A program made the position numbers and the translations under genes. DNA of 64,000 nucleotides from positions 96,001-160,000 of IMG/VR virus record IMGVR_UViG_3300046744_000223. One strand, given 5' to 3'. The stretch's first letter is position 1; each line of letters starts with the position of its first letter. The notes beneath the pieces are model-generated. The model did not search any database. It was not told where the DNA came from and saw only the letters and a program-made list of their open reading frames with translations. This stretch comes from a virus. Of this stretch, positions 36,448-45,816 are shown piece after piece.

Positions 36448-37143
36448 TTACTTAATCTCTACTAAATAGTAATTAGACTTGAATCCATCATGCTCAAATG
36501 CAACGTGAGCAAGACCTTGTGGTGAAATCTTCAAAGAAGATGACTTAGCACCACGATTAGCACTTAGAATCTCTTTCAAGTACTTAGCTGAGAATGAAAT
36601 TGGTTCAACATCACTTTCACACGTACACTCGACATTCATAGAGATTCGGTTAGAGTTGATTTTAGAGTAACCTAAAATTACCTCACCTTTGTTTTCTTTA
36701 CACGTAAATGTAAACGTGTCTGAATCAGACATAGCACCCTTAGCTTTTGTAAAGGTAGCGATGAAATCACCATCCATAGTTACATTAGATGTAAATGGTG
36801 GAAGTTGTTTTAGTTCAGGTACTACTGGAATAACTGAGAGGTCAGCCAACATATAGTTTACTGAAGTTTTACCATCAGAGAATACCAATGCAGCCGTACC
36901 TTCGGATACATCAACTTGACTACCCAATACACCAAGTAGACCTTTTAATTGAGATGTGGTATAAACCCCATACTCTCCATTTGGAAAACCAGTCTCTTCA
37001 CTCTCAACAGTACCCAATAGAGTTTTGTCATCAGAGATGAATGAAACTTGCATTCCGGCGTCAGTAGAATTAACTTTTACTGACTCCACTTCACCACCCA
37101 AGTTGTAACGAGAGATGAAACCTTCAATAGAATTCTTTTTCAT
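36448..37143 (-). CDS. DNA sliding clamp (gp45/PCNA-like)
   Basis: Size, FSAKYL, NYYLV end; between PolB and clamp loader. Confidence 0.75.
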   Translation of the reverse strand: MKKNSIEGFISRYNLGGEVESVKVNSTDAGMQVSFISDDKTLLGTVESEETGFPNGEYGVYTTSQLKGLLGVLGSQVDVSEGTAALVFSDGKTSVNYMLADLSVIPVVPELKQLPPFTSNVTMDGDFIATFTKAKGAMSDSDTFTFTCKENKGEVILGYSKINSNRISMNVECTCESDVEPISFSAKYLKEILSANRGAKSSSLKISPQGLAHVAFEHDGFKSNYYLVEIK

Positions 37144-37167
37144 TGTTATTATTTGTTATTTATTATA

Positions 37168-37199
37168 CTAATATACGAAATTAAATTGGACTATCCAAA
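37168..37199 (-). promoter_or_regulatory. TTTG-N20-TATATTAG promoter
   Basis: Exact motif upstream of clamp gene. Confidence 0.75.
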
Positions 37200-39716
37200 T
37201 TAAAATGAGAAAAATTGTGCTGCGTGAGCAAGGTTAGGATTTGGCTTCTCCCAATTCATTGCTTTATAGAAATCATCTAACTTATTGTTCAACTCCTTCT
37301 CCCAAATCAAATCATAGTCAATGTATTGTTCAATGAATGCGTTTATCTCAGGTGGGTCGGAGTGACCAGTAAATCCGGTAGTCTGAAGTCCAAGTGGATT
37401 CTTCTTTAGATATACCCATTTAATCTTATCACCATCCTTCATTGGTTCATATTTGTAAGGAGCATCAAACTTCTTCAATAGTTGGTTGTAAGTAAGTGCA
37501 GCCTTTACGTGAGCAGGTGTCCCCTTCATGAACTCACCAAGTGCTTGGTCCTTAAACCTATACTTAGACATATCCTTTACAGCTGAGTTCTTTGCGATAT
37601 TCACAAATGGTTGGTCAGTCATCCCATCCTTATAGTTTAGGATTTTATCGTCCAACTTCTTCTTGTCCTCATCCTTTAGGATATCCATCAGTACAGTAGA
37701 CATTACCTCTTTGAAGTATACTGGAAATGATGAACGTTTTACATCTAACCCCTTCACATCCAACTTATCACAATCAACGGTATTATCATTTATAATCCAT
37801 TGAGCGTATCTCTTCTTCGATACCCAAAAACCACCCTTAGCGATAGTCTCTTGTTTGATGTCGAATCGGTGAGTGTCTACGTTGAACAATTTAAATGCCA
37901 TCATATCATACACCTTGTTGATATGTTCCTCAACCTCTTTAGCGACTGATAGAATTGCTGGAATCATTTGTTCATCCGAGTTCTCATCGATTTCAGGATT
38001 ACGAGCTTTTACAAGTGGTGCTGCCTGATAGAATACGGAATCCGTATCAGTATACACATTATAATCTGCTTCCTTACCAATGTTCTTTGTGTAGTATTGG
38101 TTAGCAATCAACTCGGTAGTCTTAATTACAGTCTGGCCAGTGATTGTAGTTGCCTCAGCGTTATCCACATCATAGAATCTGAATGATGGTAACCCAAGTA
38201 CTCCATATAAGGAGTTCAACATAATCTTTTGTACCAACTGACGTTGAGAGTAGAACTTATACAACTCATCATTACCTTCCTTACCATACTTCTTCATAAG
38301 GTCTTTGTATTCCACGCGTTTGTCAAACCAAACATTAAGAATCTCAGGAATCACACCTACCTTATCTCTACGATATAGAACACCATTAGCAGCAACTGAG
38401 TAGTTTGACTTTTCGATAAAGTTCATAAACTTATCCTTAGCTAATGGAGGAAACTCATTACCATCGTCATCGATAATTGAATATGTTTCAATCTTACCCT
38501 TCATATGGTCTTCAGCCACATAGTTCTTTAACTTACCAATCTTTGTCTCTGGCGAGATATTGATGGTCATAATGATAGATGGATATAGTGATGTTAAATC
38601 CAAATCATATACCCATTTGTAAAGACCAGGTTTAGGTTCTTTTACATATGCGCCGGTAAACTTACCTTCAGCCTCAGTTCCATCATCATTACGTGCTCTT
38701 CGTCTTGGTTTGTTTGGAGCAACACGACCACTCCTACGTAGGAATGTTAACATTGCACCCTCTAACCACTTTGATGAGAATAAGAAGTCTTCATAGAATA
38801 CGTGACCTGCGTGACATATTGCTCTAGCCAAATCAATGAATTGAAGTTTCTTATCCATATCAACAACCAATTCAACATCCACCAAGTTATACTCAATAAA
38901 CGTTTCCAAGTCATCTCTGAACAATTGGTCAAGGTTTCCCTCATACTCAATCTTACCTCTACCCAATTCTAACTTAGCGATAGTGTCTAATCGGTAGTTT
39001 GGATATTCAGTATATGTAAAGTTCTTAAATAAAGCGATGTAGTCCAATGCAGACACACCAGCAATCAAATAACGATTACGATACTTATTCCAATGAACTT
39101 TACCAATAGGTGATAGTTGGTTTGCCATAGACTCACCCAACACTCTCTTCATTCGGTTGTATAGATACGTGACATCAAAGAAGTCAATGTTCCAACCAGT
39201 AATAATAGTTGGATTGATTTCTTTCCATTTGTTTAGGAACGCAACTAACATACCCTCTTCAGTATCAAACGATTCTACCGTAGCACCTTTGATGGTCTTA
39301 TTAATCTTCTCACCTTTATTTACAACATATACAAAGTAATCACCACTCACCGAATCATGACCTGCGACTGAAGTCATAGCATTCTTAGCTTCGGTTGTAT
39401 CAGGTAGACCACTATTCATCTCTACCTCAATATCAAAGGTAAGTACAGTATGTCCATTCGATACCTCATCTGAATCACCATATTGGTCAATCAGAAAACG
39501 TGTCATCTCGTTTACATCACTTTCATATAATTCAAGACCATCGTCTTGCTTCCAAAAGTTGATTTTCTTTAACCTCTCTCCATGAATAGAAGTATGAGCA
39601 CCATTCCCATCTCTAACGTAAGCATATCTACGGTATTTAGATGTGAAGTAACCTTTCTCATCATCCCAACAATGGATGAGGTTGTTTTCTTTTTCGAAGT
39701 ATACATTTTGATACAT
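37200..39716 (-). CDS. Family B DNA polymerase
   Basis: FDIE, GWN..FFD, YNLVD exonuclease motifs; DLTSLYPS, KIMLNSLYG, YTDTDS. Confidence 0.95.
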   Translation of the reverse strand: MYQNVYFEKENNLIHCWDDEKGYFTSKYRRYAYVRDGNGAHTSIHGERLKKINFWKQDDGLELYESDVNEMTRFLIDQYGDSDEVSNGHTVLTFDIEVEMNSGLPDTTEAKNAMTSVAGHDSVSGDYFVYVVNKGEKINKTIKGATVESFDTEEGMLVAFLNKWKEINPTIITGWNIDFFDVTYLYNRMKRVLGESMANQLSPIGKVHWNKYRNRYLIAGVSALDYIALFKNFTYTEYPNYRLDTIAKLELGRGKIEYEGNLDQLFRDDLETFIEYNLVDVELVVDMDKKLQFIDLARAICHAGHVFYEDFLFSSKWLEGAMLTFLRRSGRVAPNKPRRRARNDDGTEAEGKFTGAYVKEPKPGLYKWVYDLDLTSLYPSIIMTINISPETKIGKLKNYVAEDHMKGKIETYSIIDDDGNEFPPLAKDKFMNFIEKSNYSVAANGVLYRRDKVGVIPEILNVWFDKRVEYKDLMKKYGKEGNDELYKFYSQRQLVQKIMLNSLYGVLGLPSFRFYDVDNAEATTITGQTVIKTTELIANQYYTKNIGKEADYNVYTDTDSVFYQAAPLVKARNPEIDENSDEQMIPAILSVAKEVEEHINKVYDMMAFKLFNVDTHRFDIKQETIAKGGFWVSKKRYAQWIINDNTVDCDKLDVKGLDVKRSSFPVYFKEVMSTVLMDILKDEDKKKLDDKILNYKDGMTDQPFVNIAKNSAVKDMSKYRFKDQALGEFMKGTPAHVKAALTYNQLLKKFDAPYKYEPMKDGDKIKWVYLKKNPLGLQTTGFTGHSDPPEINAFIEQYIDYDLIWEKELNNKLDDFYKAMNWEKPNPNLAHAAQFFSF

Positions 39717-40834
39717 TAATTAAAGTCTTTTCTAGCCATATTAATAAAGTTGTTCTCTACATCCCAACTTTTAAGTTGAGATTCCCATAGTAAAGACTCC
39801 GCGATATGAGTTACATCAGGACGTTCGATTTCACCATCCAATAACTTAACAACCATTTCTTTAAATTCATCTTTACCATTATAAAGTAATGGATACTCTT
39901 CACCAACCATTTCGGGATAACAAAAATCGTTTGGAAGTAAGTAAGGTACACCTCGACTTAACCCATCAGTAGCCGACATTGACCAAGCCGAATATCCTTG
40001 GAATGTACCTACGCCAAAATGTGCTTTAGACATTTGATTCATATACACATCTCTATCAGCGTGTCCAATATACTTGGTATATGATTTACCCATATCTTTT
40101 AATGAAGTCCATACTTGGAAGTCTTTACGAGTTTCCCATAGCTCATCCATCGCCTCGAAGAACCACTCAGCCCCAGTATACACTCCCCATCTATGATTAA
40201 ATAGAATAGTTTTAGGTTCATATGTGGATGTTGGTGTAGCTGAATCACATCCCAAATACCAAGGTTGGATAATTTCCTCTAATTTATCAGTAATATGTGG
40301 TTGGAATGTTTCTGATGCTCGTTTAATAACTAAATCCTTTACCCATTGTGAGTTTACACCACAAACTTTCATTTGTAACATACCTTTGACATTTTTCCAA
40401 AATGAGTTAACGTCTCTAGCTCCATTGTCTTTGATTTCCCACCAATGACAATACCCAATAATAGGTTGTGATTTATTATATATTCTTGATACTTTGAATT
40501 CGTTTGTCCATTCCGGCAAATGTGACCATATGAGATTAAACTCACCATTGTATTTTTCAATCAGTCTATTGAAAAACTTATGTGGATAGTCTACTCTCAT
40601 TTTAGGTGGAAAGCAATCTAAACTATCCATTGATACCAACTCAACATTTGGATGTTCAAATTTATTGATGATACCAGGATGATTATCAAAATCAGGATAT
40701 GGTAGAATCCACTCCCACTCTTTTCCGATTTCAGTATTCTCTATAAAGGACTTGAATACCAATAGGAACGAGTCCCTATTGATGTCCTTAACAGACCCGA
40801 AATTTGTATAATTTGGTATTACTAAAACTCTCAT
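39716..40834 (-). CDS. GT-B glycosyltransferase (candidate DNA base glycosyltransferase)
   Basis: LFNHR, WSMSATDGL..GVPYLLP...YPE GT-B motifs; coupled to PolB, away from glycan island. Confidence 0.65.
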   Translation of the reverse strand: MRVLVIPNYTNFGSVKDINRDSFLLVFKSFIENTEIGKEWEWILPYPDFDNHPGIINKFEHPNVELVSMDSLDCFPPKMRVDYPHKFFNRLIEKYNGEFNLIWSHLPEWTNEFKVSRIYNKSQPIIGYCHWWEIKDNGARDVNSFWKNVKGMLQMKVCGVNSQWVKDLVIKRASETFQPHITDKLEEIIQPWYLGCDSATPTSTYEPKTILFNHRWGVYTGAEWFFEAMDELWETRKDFQVWTSLKDMGKSYTKYIGHADRDVYMNQMSKAHFGVGTFQGYSAWSMSATDGLSRGVPYLLPNDFCYPEMVGEEYPLLYNGKDEFKEMVVKLLDGEIERPDVTHIAESLLWESQLKSWDVENNFINMARKDFN

Positions 40835-40835
40835 A

Positions 40836-42632
40836 TTATGCTCCGAAATTTAAACCCGTTTCAAGGATTTGGTAAATTATATTGATTGATGAAGTGACAA
40901 CTCGGGTTTCAATTAAACTCAAATTAGTAGACATCTTCTCGTTATGGTCAGCGAGCATCTCCCAATACTCATTTGGTGTACAATTCCAATTCTTGAATTT
41001 CTGATTACCTGTTAGATTATCATCAGTCATACCCAAAAACCCATCTTTGGCATCACCACCGGTTGAGTTGGGTGATTTGTGTAACCATTGAACACCCTCA
41101 CCAGTCTTAAAGTTCACAACACTTAACACATCAGTAGACAGTGGGTATAGTTTCAATCGTTGAGGCATCCCCTCCGACTCAAGGAAGGATGTGATTCGTG
41201 TCAGAGATTGGTCACGATATTCAGCTTGAAGGTTACGGTCTTTTGAACCAGCCTTCAGGTTAGATTCAACATTCTGAAAGACATACTTGAATATCTTTTC
41301 AAACCTACTATTTGCGTTCGTTGATGAGTGAATCGAAGATTGTGTTCCAAAATACTCCCACACGTTAATTTGATTACCCTCATGGTCAACATTACCATTC
41401 AGCAATTTAGAATACTCATTGACTACTTTGGATGTTAACTTTGATAAACCAACCGACTTCTTGGTTCGTTTGAAGTATAAAACAAAGGTGAATAACAAAA
41501 TTCCGGTATGATACTTTTTAATGTGAAGGTCTTCCATTGCTTTGATTCTCTTCCCATTTAGATGGTTGGTTACAATTTTGTTAATAGTAGTCGTTATTGT
41601 CTTCCAATCATCCGATTCAAATACCTTTACATATACACTCTCATACCACGTGGTTAACTCACCATAACTAATTTCCGAAATAACACGTTTGAACATAGAT
41701 TGCCAGTATTCGGTTTCATTACCATCGGATGTTCCGTTTTCAAAACTAACGACCATATCGTTAAACTTTTTAAACTCATCAATGGTATCACAATAGTGAG
41801 AACCGATGTACGCCTGAATGATGGGAATCATCTTTGCTATTTTGTGTTTCTCTGCGTATTTTTTATGACCAGACATCAACCCACCTCGTGTAAATTCAGC
41901 AGCACCGGCTTTATTAGTGAAATATTCTAAAAGTTGGTCACCACAAAAATAAGTTTTGTACTCATCAGTTCGTTTCAAAGGAGTCATATAATAGTTGTAA
42001 GCCAACCAAGGATGTGGTTGTCGGTTACAATTAATCATGTCCTTCTCAAATTGTTTTACAGTATGTAGATTAACAACAAATGCAATTTCACTATTGTCAA
42101 AGAATTCACTAAATTCATCAGACCCATCTACCAAATCTTTTAAAGAATACTTAATATCAAGTTCTTGTGGTGTCTTGGTATTGAAATAGTCCATAATCAT
42201 ATTGATTACACACTTGTCATCCTCATTCGTGATGTCATAATATTTAATAATGTCTTCACACATTATTAACCATTCATTACCTGTTAAAACACGACTATCA
42301 TAGTATTTACCAAACAATAAGGAAAACAATGTACCATTGTCACGAATATAACCAACTTCACCTACCTTATCCTTTAAGACAGATACCAATAACTGACCTT
42401 TCTCTGAAATACCACTTATATAACGAATTAAATGATGTAGTTTACCCCAATACTTTTTGACATTATCCAAATCCTCATCTCGGTTAGCCTCATTATCAAG
42501 AGCACCACCCTCAATCAACTCACGACACATTTGAAATGTGACAACACCCATTGTCTTAACAAAAATAGCAGGCTTTGATTTGTTCTTACCAACCCACACA
42601 AGTGCTTCTTTTAAATTCTTCATATCTTTCAT
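40836..42632 (-). CDS. Large hypothetical protein, possibly divergent GmrSD-like (DUF262 + HNH)
   Basis: IRDNG and F...INCNRQPHPW N-terminal segments; C-terminal HKSPNSTGG...N HNH-like segment. Confidence 0.4.
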   Translation of the reverse strand: MKDMKNLKEALVWVGKNKSKPAIFVKTMGVVTFQMCRELIEGGALDNEANRDEDLDNVKKYWGKLHHLIRYISGISEKGQLLVSVLKDKVGEVGYIRDNGTLFSLLFGKYYDSRVLTGNEWLIMCEDIIKYYDITNEDDKCVINMIMDYFNTKTPQELDIKYSLKDLVDGSDEFSEFFDNSEIAFVVNLHTVKQFEKDMINCNRQPHPWLAYNYYMTPLKRTDEYKTYFCGDQLLEYFTNKAGAAEFTRGGLMSGHKKYAEKHKIAKMIPIIQAYIGSHYCDTIDEFKKFNDMVVSFENGTSDGNETEYWQSMFKRVISEISYGELTTWYESVYVKVFESDDWKTITTTINKIVTNHLNGKRIKAMEDLHIKKYHTGILLFTFVLYFKRTKKSVGLSKLTSKVVNEYSKLLNGNVDHEGNQINVWEYFGTQSSIHSSTNANSRFEKIFKYVFQNVESNLKAGSKDRNLQAEYRDQSLTRITSFLESEGMPQRLKLYPLSTDVLSVVNFKTGEGVQWLHKSPNSTGGDAKDGFLGMTDDNLTGNQKFKNWNCTPNEYWEMLADHNEKMSTNLSLIETRVVTSSINIIYQILETGLNFGA

Positions 42633-42647
42633 TTCTTATTTCTTATA

Positions 42648-42702
42648 CTAATATACAACGATTTTCTTAACTTACCAAATTATAATGTTAAGAAATCGTT
42701 AA
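42648..42702 (-). promoter_or_regulatory. TTTG-N20-TATATTAG promoter plus TTAACG-N5-TTAACA box
   Basis: Promoter 42648-42679; repeat 42686-42702. Confidence 0.75.
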
Positions 42703-42704
42703 AC

Positions 42705-43499
42705 TTACCAAAAACTTACTTTATTTTCTGGCTCGAATGTTTCGTGTCTGACTACCTCTGATAGGAACTCACTTGCGTCTTTAGGATATGGGCTGACTTT
42801 GTGTTTGAGTTGTTTAGTCAACTTACGTTTCTCTGATTTGTTCTGACCCAATACTTGGATGTATCGGTGTTTAGCAGACTCCTTCTTTCTCCAAAACTCT
42901 TTTATGTTCTCCTTACCCATTTGAGTTTTTAGATGGTCTAAATTATGAGACCCCCAACGTGAGAATACAGTCCGTGAGTGTATCCACTTATGTGGGTTAT
43001 CTTGGATTGATATAGAATAGTTTGGCATCAGTTGAATATCACGACAATCTTGGTATAACCAATTTGTTGCTTGGTAGATACCACCTAAATGTAATTGTTC
43101 GGGGTCAGCGTAACTGAGTAACATCTTGATATTAGGAGCATTCTCCTTAATCCATTGGAATGATTGACCCATAGCGTATGACTCGATATTAGACCCATAC
43201 CCATCGTGTATAAACAATCGTGTCAACTCCAAACATTGGTCTTTCTCTAACCCATCAATAACTGACTTGATTGCTGACCTACCTACTGGATACCCATATA
43301 CTAAACATCCAATTAGTTGTTCTGAATTACCTAATACGTCTTTCTTATTAGTTTCATAGAATATCCCAAGAGCGTATCTACACATCGTCCAAGCATGAGA
43401 ATAGTGGTAAGTAACAATCATCTCTTTTGCGGTTGCCTTACCAATCTCACGAATTGTAACACGTGACGTGTCTACGTATATTTTATTTGCTTCTTTCAA
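42705..43499 (-). CDS. Mom-family adenine-modification acyltransferase (GNAT fold)
   Basis: YHYS, ELTRL, NIES, SYADP..H.G.IYQATNW.Y, KHRY. Confidence 0.85.
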   Translation of the reverse strand: MKEANKIYVDTSRVTIREIGKATAKEMIVTYHYSHAWTMCRYALGIFYETNKKDVLGNSEQLIGCLVYGYPVGRSAIKSVIDGLEKDQCLELTRLFIHDGYGSNIESYAMGQSFQWIKENAPNIKMLLSYADPEQLHLGGIYQATNWLYQDCRDIQLMPNYSISIQDNPHKWIHSRTVFSRWGSHNLDHLKTQMGKENIKEFWRKKESAKHRYIQVLGQNKSEKRKLTKQLKHKVSPYPKDASEFLSEVVRHETFEPENKVSFW

Positions 43500-44244
43500 T
43501 TGGGTCTAATTTGTATATCTCTTCTTTAAATTCCTCATTTTCCGTTGGATATGGTAATGATGGGTATTTCAATGACTTCAATATACGACTTTTTTTTGAC
43601 TTATCCAAAATGTAAACGTATCTATGTTTCCTCAACTCCTTTTTAATCCAAAATGGCGTTGATGTCATTTCTTGTATTTTGGTAGGGTTGTTAGTACCAA
43701 ACTTTACGAACGATGTACGTGAATGAGTCCATTCACCACCATCTTCCCATCTAAATAACCACGAATCGTTTGGTCTGATACGATTACCTTGATAAATCCA
43801 ATTTGTAGACATATAAATTGTTCCCTTATGGCCTACTTTAGGGTCGGAGTATGAGATAAGTGCTTTAATATGGGGAGTATTTTTGCGTAACCACTTGAAG
43901 GTCTGACCTACAAACCAACTTTCTATATTACACCCATATCCATCAAATACAAATAATCTGGTAAGTTCAAATACCTCAGTTCGGTCAATATGTTCAGAAA
44001 TAGAAGCGCCAGAATGCCTACCTATGGGGTCGCCATACGTAGCCACTCCGACTAACTTCTCATTTACACCACTAAAAAACTGATGTTCTTCATCGGATTC
44101 ATAAAACAAACCCAATGCATAAGATACTTTTGTCCAAATTCCAGCATAATGGTGATTTACCACTATGTCTTTTGCAACTGATTTTGAAATCGGTCTTACT
44201 GAAAATTTAGATGGATTAAAATATATCTTACCTTCTACTTTCAT
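43483..44244 (-). CDS. Mom-family adenine-modification acyltransferase (second paralog)
   Basis: HHY, ELTRL, NIES, SYSDP..H.GTIY..TNW.Y.G, KHRY. Confidence 0.85.
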   Translation of the reverse strand: MKVEGKIYFNPSKFSVRPISKSVAKDIVVNHHYAGIWTKVSYALGLFYESDEEHQFFSGVNEKLVGVATYGDPIGRHSGASISEHIDRTEVFELTRLFVFDGYGCNIESWFVGQTFKWLRKNTPHIKALISYSDPKVGHKGTIYMSTNWIYQGNRIRPNDSWLFRWEDGGEWTHSRTSFVKFGTNNPTKIQEMTSTPFWIKKELRKHRYVYILDKSKKSRILKSLKYPSLPYPTENEEFKEEIYKLDPIERSK

Positions 44245-44444
44245 TGATAATCATTAAATTCTCCAAAAAGAATATGTGTCCAAGTTTCTCCCCTTACTAT
44301 TCTACGAATGTTAGCGGGTGATACACCATTGTTTCGTGCTAAAACTCTTGTATTTCTATGACCAACAGCCCACAACTGGCGAATAGACTTTACTTGGTCC
44401 TCCGTAAGTTTATGTTGTGGATGTGATTCACCTCGTAGTGCCAT
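44241..44444 (-). CDS. Stand-alone HTH DNA-binding protein (HNH endonuclease C-terminal type)
   Basis: GESHPQHKLTEDQV..IR...LAR..GVS...I..IV.G.TW.HI. Confidence 0.7.
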   Translation of the reverse strand: MALRGESHPQHKLTEDQVKSIRQLWAVGHRNTRVLARNNGVSPANIRRIVRGETWTHILFGEFNDYQ

Positions 44445-44445
44445 C

Positions 44446-44865
44446 TTAAACTTTCTCATTAAAAGGAAGTTCAATTTGAGTAGTATCGGCTAAGAATTGA
44501 GATAGATTTGGTTTTGAAAAATTAGGCCCTTTTAATACTTTACCATCCTCACGATAAATAGGTTTACCATCCTCACCTAACTTTGACATATTAGAGCGAT
44601 GGACCTCATCAAAGACATCCTCGATGATATCACCCATACCATGAGCAACCATAGTACCTAATAAGATATATAGTTGGTCAGCAAGTGCATCTGTAACTTC
44701 CACAATGTCATCGTTATTACAAGCCTCTAAATACTCCACCAACTCTTCTTTACCCAAACGATACCTTAAATAGTAATCATCTGGCTCAATTAATGTAGGT
44801 GTTGTATTCCGTGTTTGGTCATATATACTTTGGAAGTCCCAAAGTTGTTGTAACTGCTTTTTCAT
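44446..44865 (-). CDS. MazG-like NTP pyrophosphohydrolase
   Basis: EELVEY, DALADQLY, EVHRSNMSK, REDGKVLKG. Confidence 0.85.
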   Translation of the reverse strand: MKKQLQQLWDFQSIYDQTRNTTPTLIEPDDYYLRYRLGKEELVEYLEACNNDDIVEVTDALADQLYILLGTMVAHGMGDIIEDVFDEVHRSNMSKLGEDGKPIYREDGKVLKGPNFSKPNLSQFLADTTQIELPFNEKV

Positions 44866-44869
44866 ATTA

Positions 44870-44901
44870 CTAATATACAAAAATTATTTTATTTTTCCAA
44901 A
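44870..44901 (-). promoter_or_regulatory. TTTG-N20-TATATTAG promoter
   Basis: Exact motif 4 nt upstream of MazG-like ATG. Confidence 0.7.
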
Positions 44902-45467
44902 ATTATTTCACCATTTTCTACACCACTTGGCGCAGATGCCCATAGGTTTATTGCGATTGCGCTACGATTACCCTTTGTAACTTCAGTAACCCTATGTTTG
45001 TATTGGCCGGCTGGAAATATGACTAACCTATTATGTTTAGCTTTAATACGTTCCGGTTCGTTATCGTCACCACCACTAAATATTTCCAAATACCCACCTT
45101 CAATATCCATTGGGACTGGATAGTAAACTGTACCAATAATTGGTGTTACTAATTTACCTTCAGTATTCCATAGATTCTCGTCTTTGTCAAAATGCATATT
45201 TAGTTCATGCAGTTTATCATCGTCAGCCGAGTATTGGCCTGTCCAATACTCAAAACCTTCCAATTGGATTGAATTATATCTTGGAAAATCCCATGGTGAG
45301 TTTTTAATCCAAAGTTCTTCTATCAACCTTTGTTTAAGAGTTGATGCCTTGGAATTCCAAGGACCACCCCACCACATATATTGACCATTATTCTCAAAAA
45401 ACTGAGTGTCTTCTTGGAGTTCCTTTAAAAGGGACTCGTCTTTGATAAAGTCATCAACGATTATCAT
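44889..45467 (-). CDS. 2OG-Fe(II) oxygenase
   Basis: HFD...GG.L...NRLVIF...H.V...R.....N.W. Confidence 0.8.
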   Translation of the reverse strand: MIIVDDFIKDESLLKELQEDTQFFENNGQYMWWGGPWNSKASTLKQRLIEELWIKNSPWDFPRYNSIQLEGFEYWTGQYSADDDKLHELNMHFDKDENLWNTEGKLVTPIIGTVYYPVPMDIEGGYLEIFSGGDDNEPERIKAKHNRLVIFPAGQYKHRVTEVTKGNRSAIAINLWASAPSGVENGEIILEK

Positions 45468-45700
45468 ACGCTTAAATATTCTGCTTTTTGTTTTACACCA
45501 ATCATTCGTTTGACTTCTTGACCATTCTCCAATAGAACAACTGTTGGAATACTACGAACGTTGTATTGTTGAGCAGTAGCTGAATCTTCATCAATGTTTA
45601 CTTTTTGTACTGGGATTGTGTTACTAACCTCTGACATAATTGGTCCTAGCATTCTACACGGACCACACCAAGGTGCTGAGAAATAAAGATATTGTTTCAT
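45464..45700 (-). CDS. trxA: Thioredoxin
   Basis: WCGPC, VRSIPT. Confidence 0.92.
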   Translation of the reverse strand: MKQYLYFSAPWCGPCRMLGPIMSEVSNTIPVQKVNIDEDSATAQQYNVRSIPTVVLLENGQEVKRMIGVKQKAEYLSV

Positions 45701-45733
45701 ATTAACTTTTTTTAATTTACATTCACTTTTAAT

Positions 45734-45816
45734 GGTGAGGGGGGTAGCGAACTCCCCCCACCGATTTCCGAGAACTATCTCGGTCCTAAGATGTGGTCTT
45801 CAAACCACACTTCGGT
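45734..45816 (-). ncRNA. GC-rich structured intergenic element (three-way junction plus hairpin)
   Basis: Minus strand ACCGA-AG-[TGTGGT/ACCACA]-TCTTAGGA-[CCGAGA/TCTCGG]-AAA-TCGGT, overlapping hairpin GGTGGGGGGAG...CCCCCCTCACC. Confidence 0.45.

Noticed and set aside
44241-44444. Mobile HNH homing endonuclease
   Set aside because: Only the C-terminal HTH is present; no HNH catalytic domain.
45734-45762. Rho-independent terminator
   Set aside because: The hairpin is not followed by a U-tract on the coding strand; kept only as part of the structured element.
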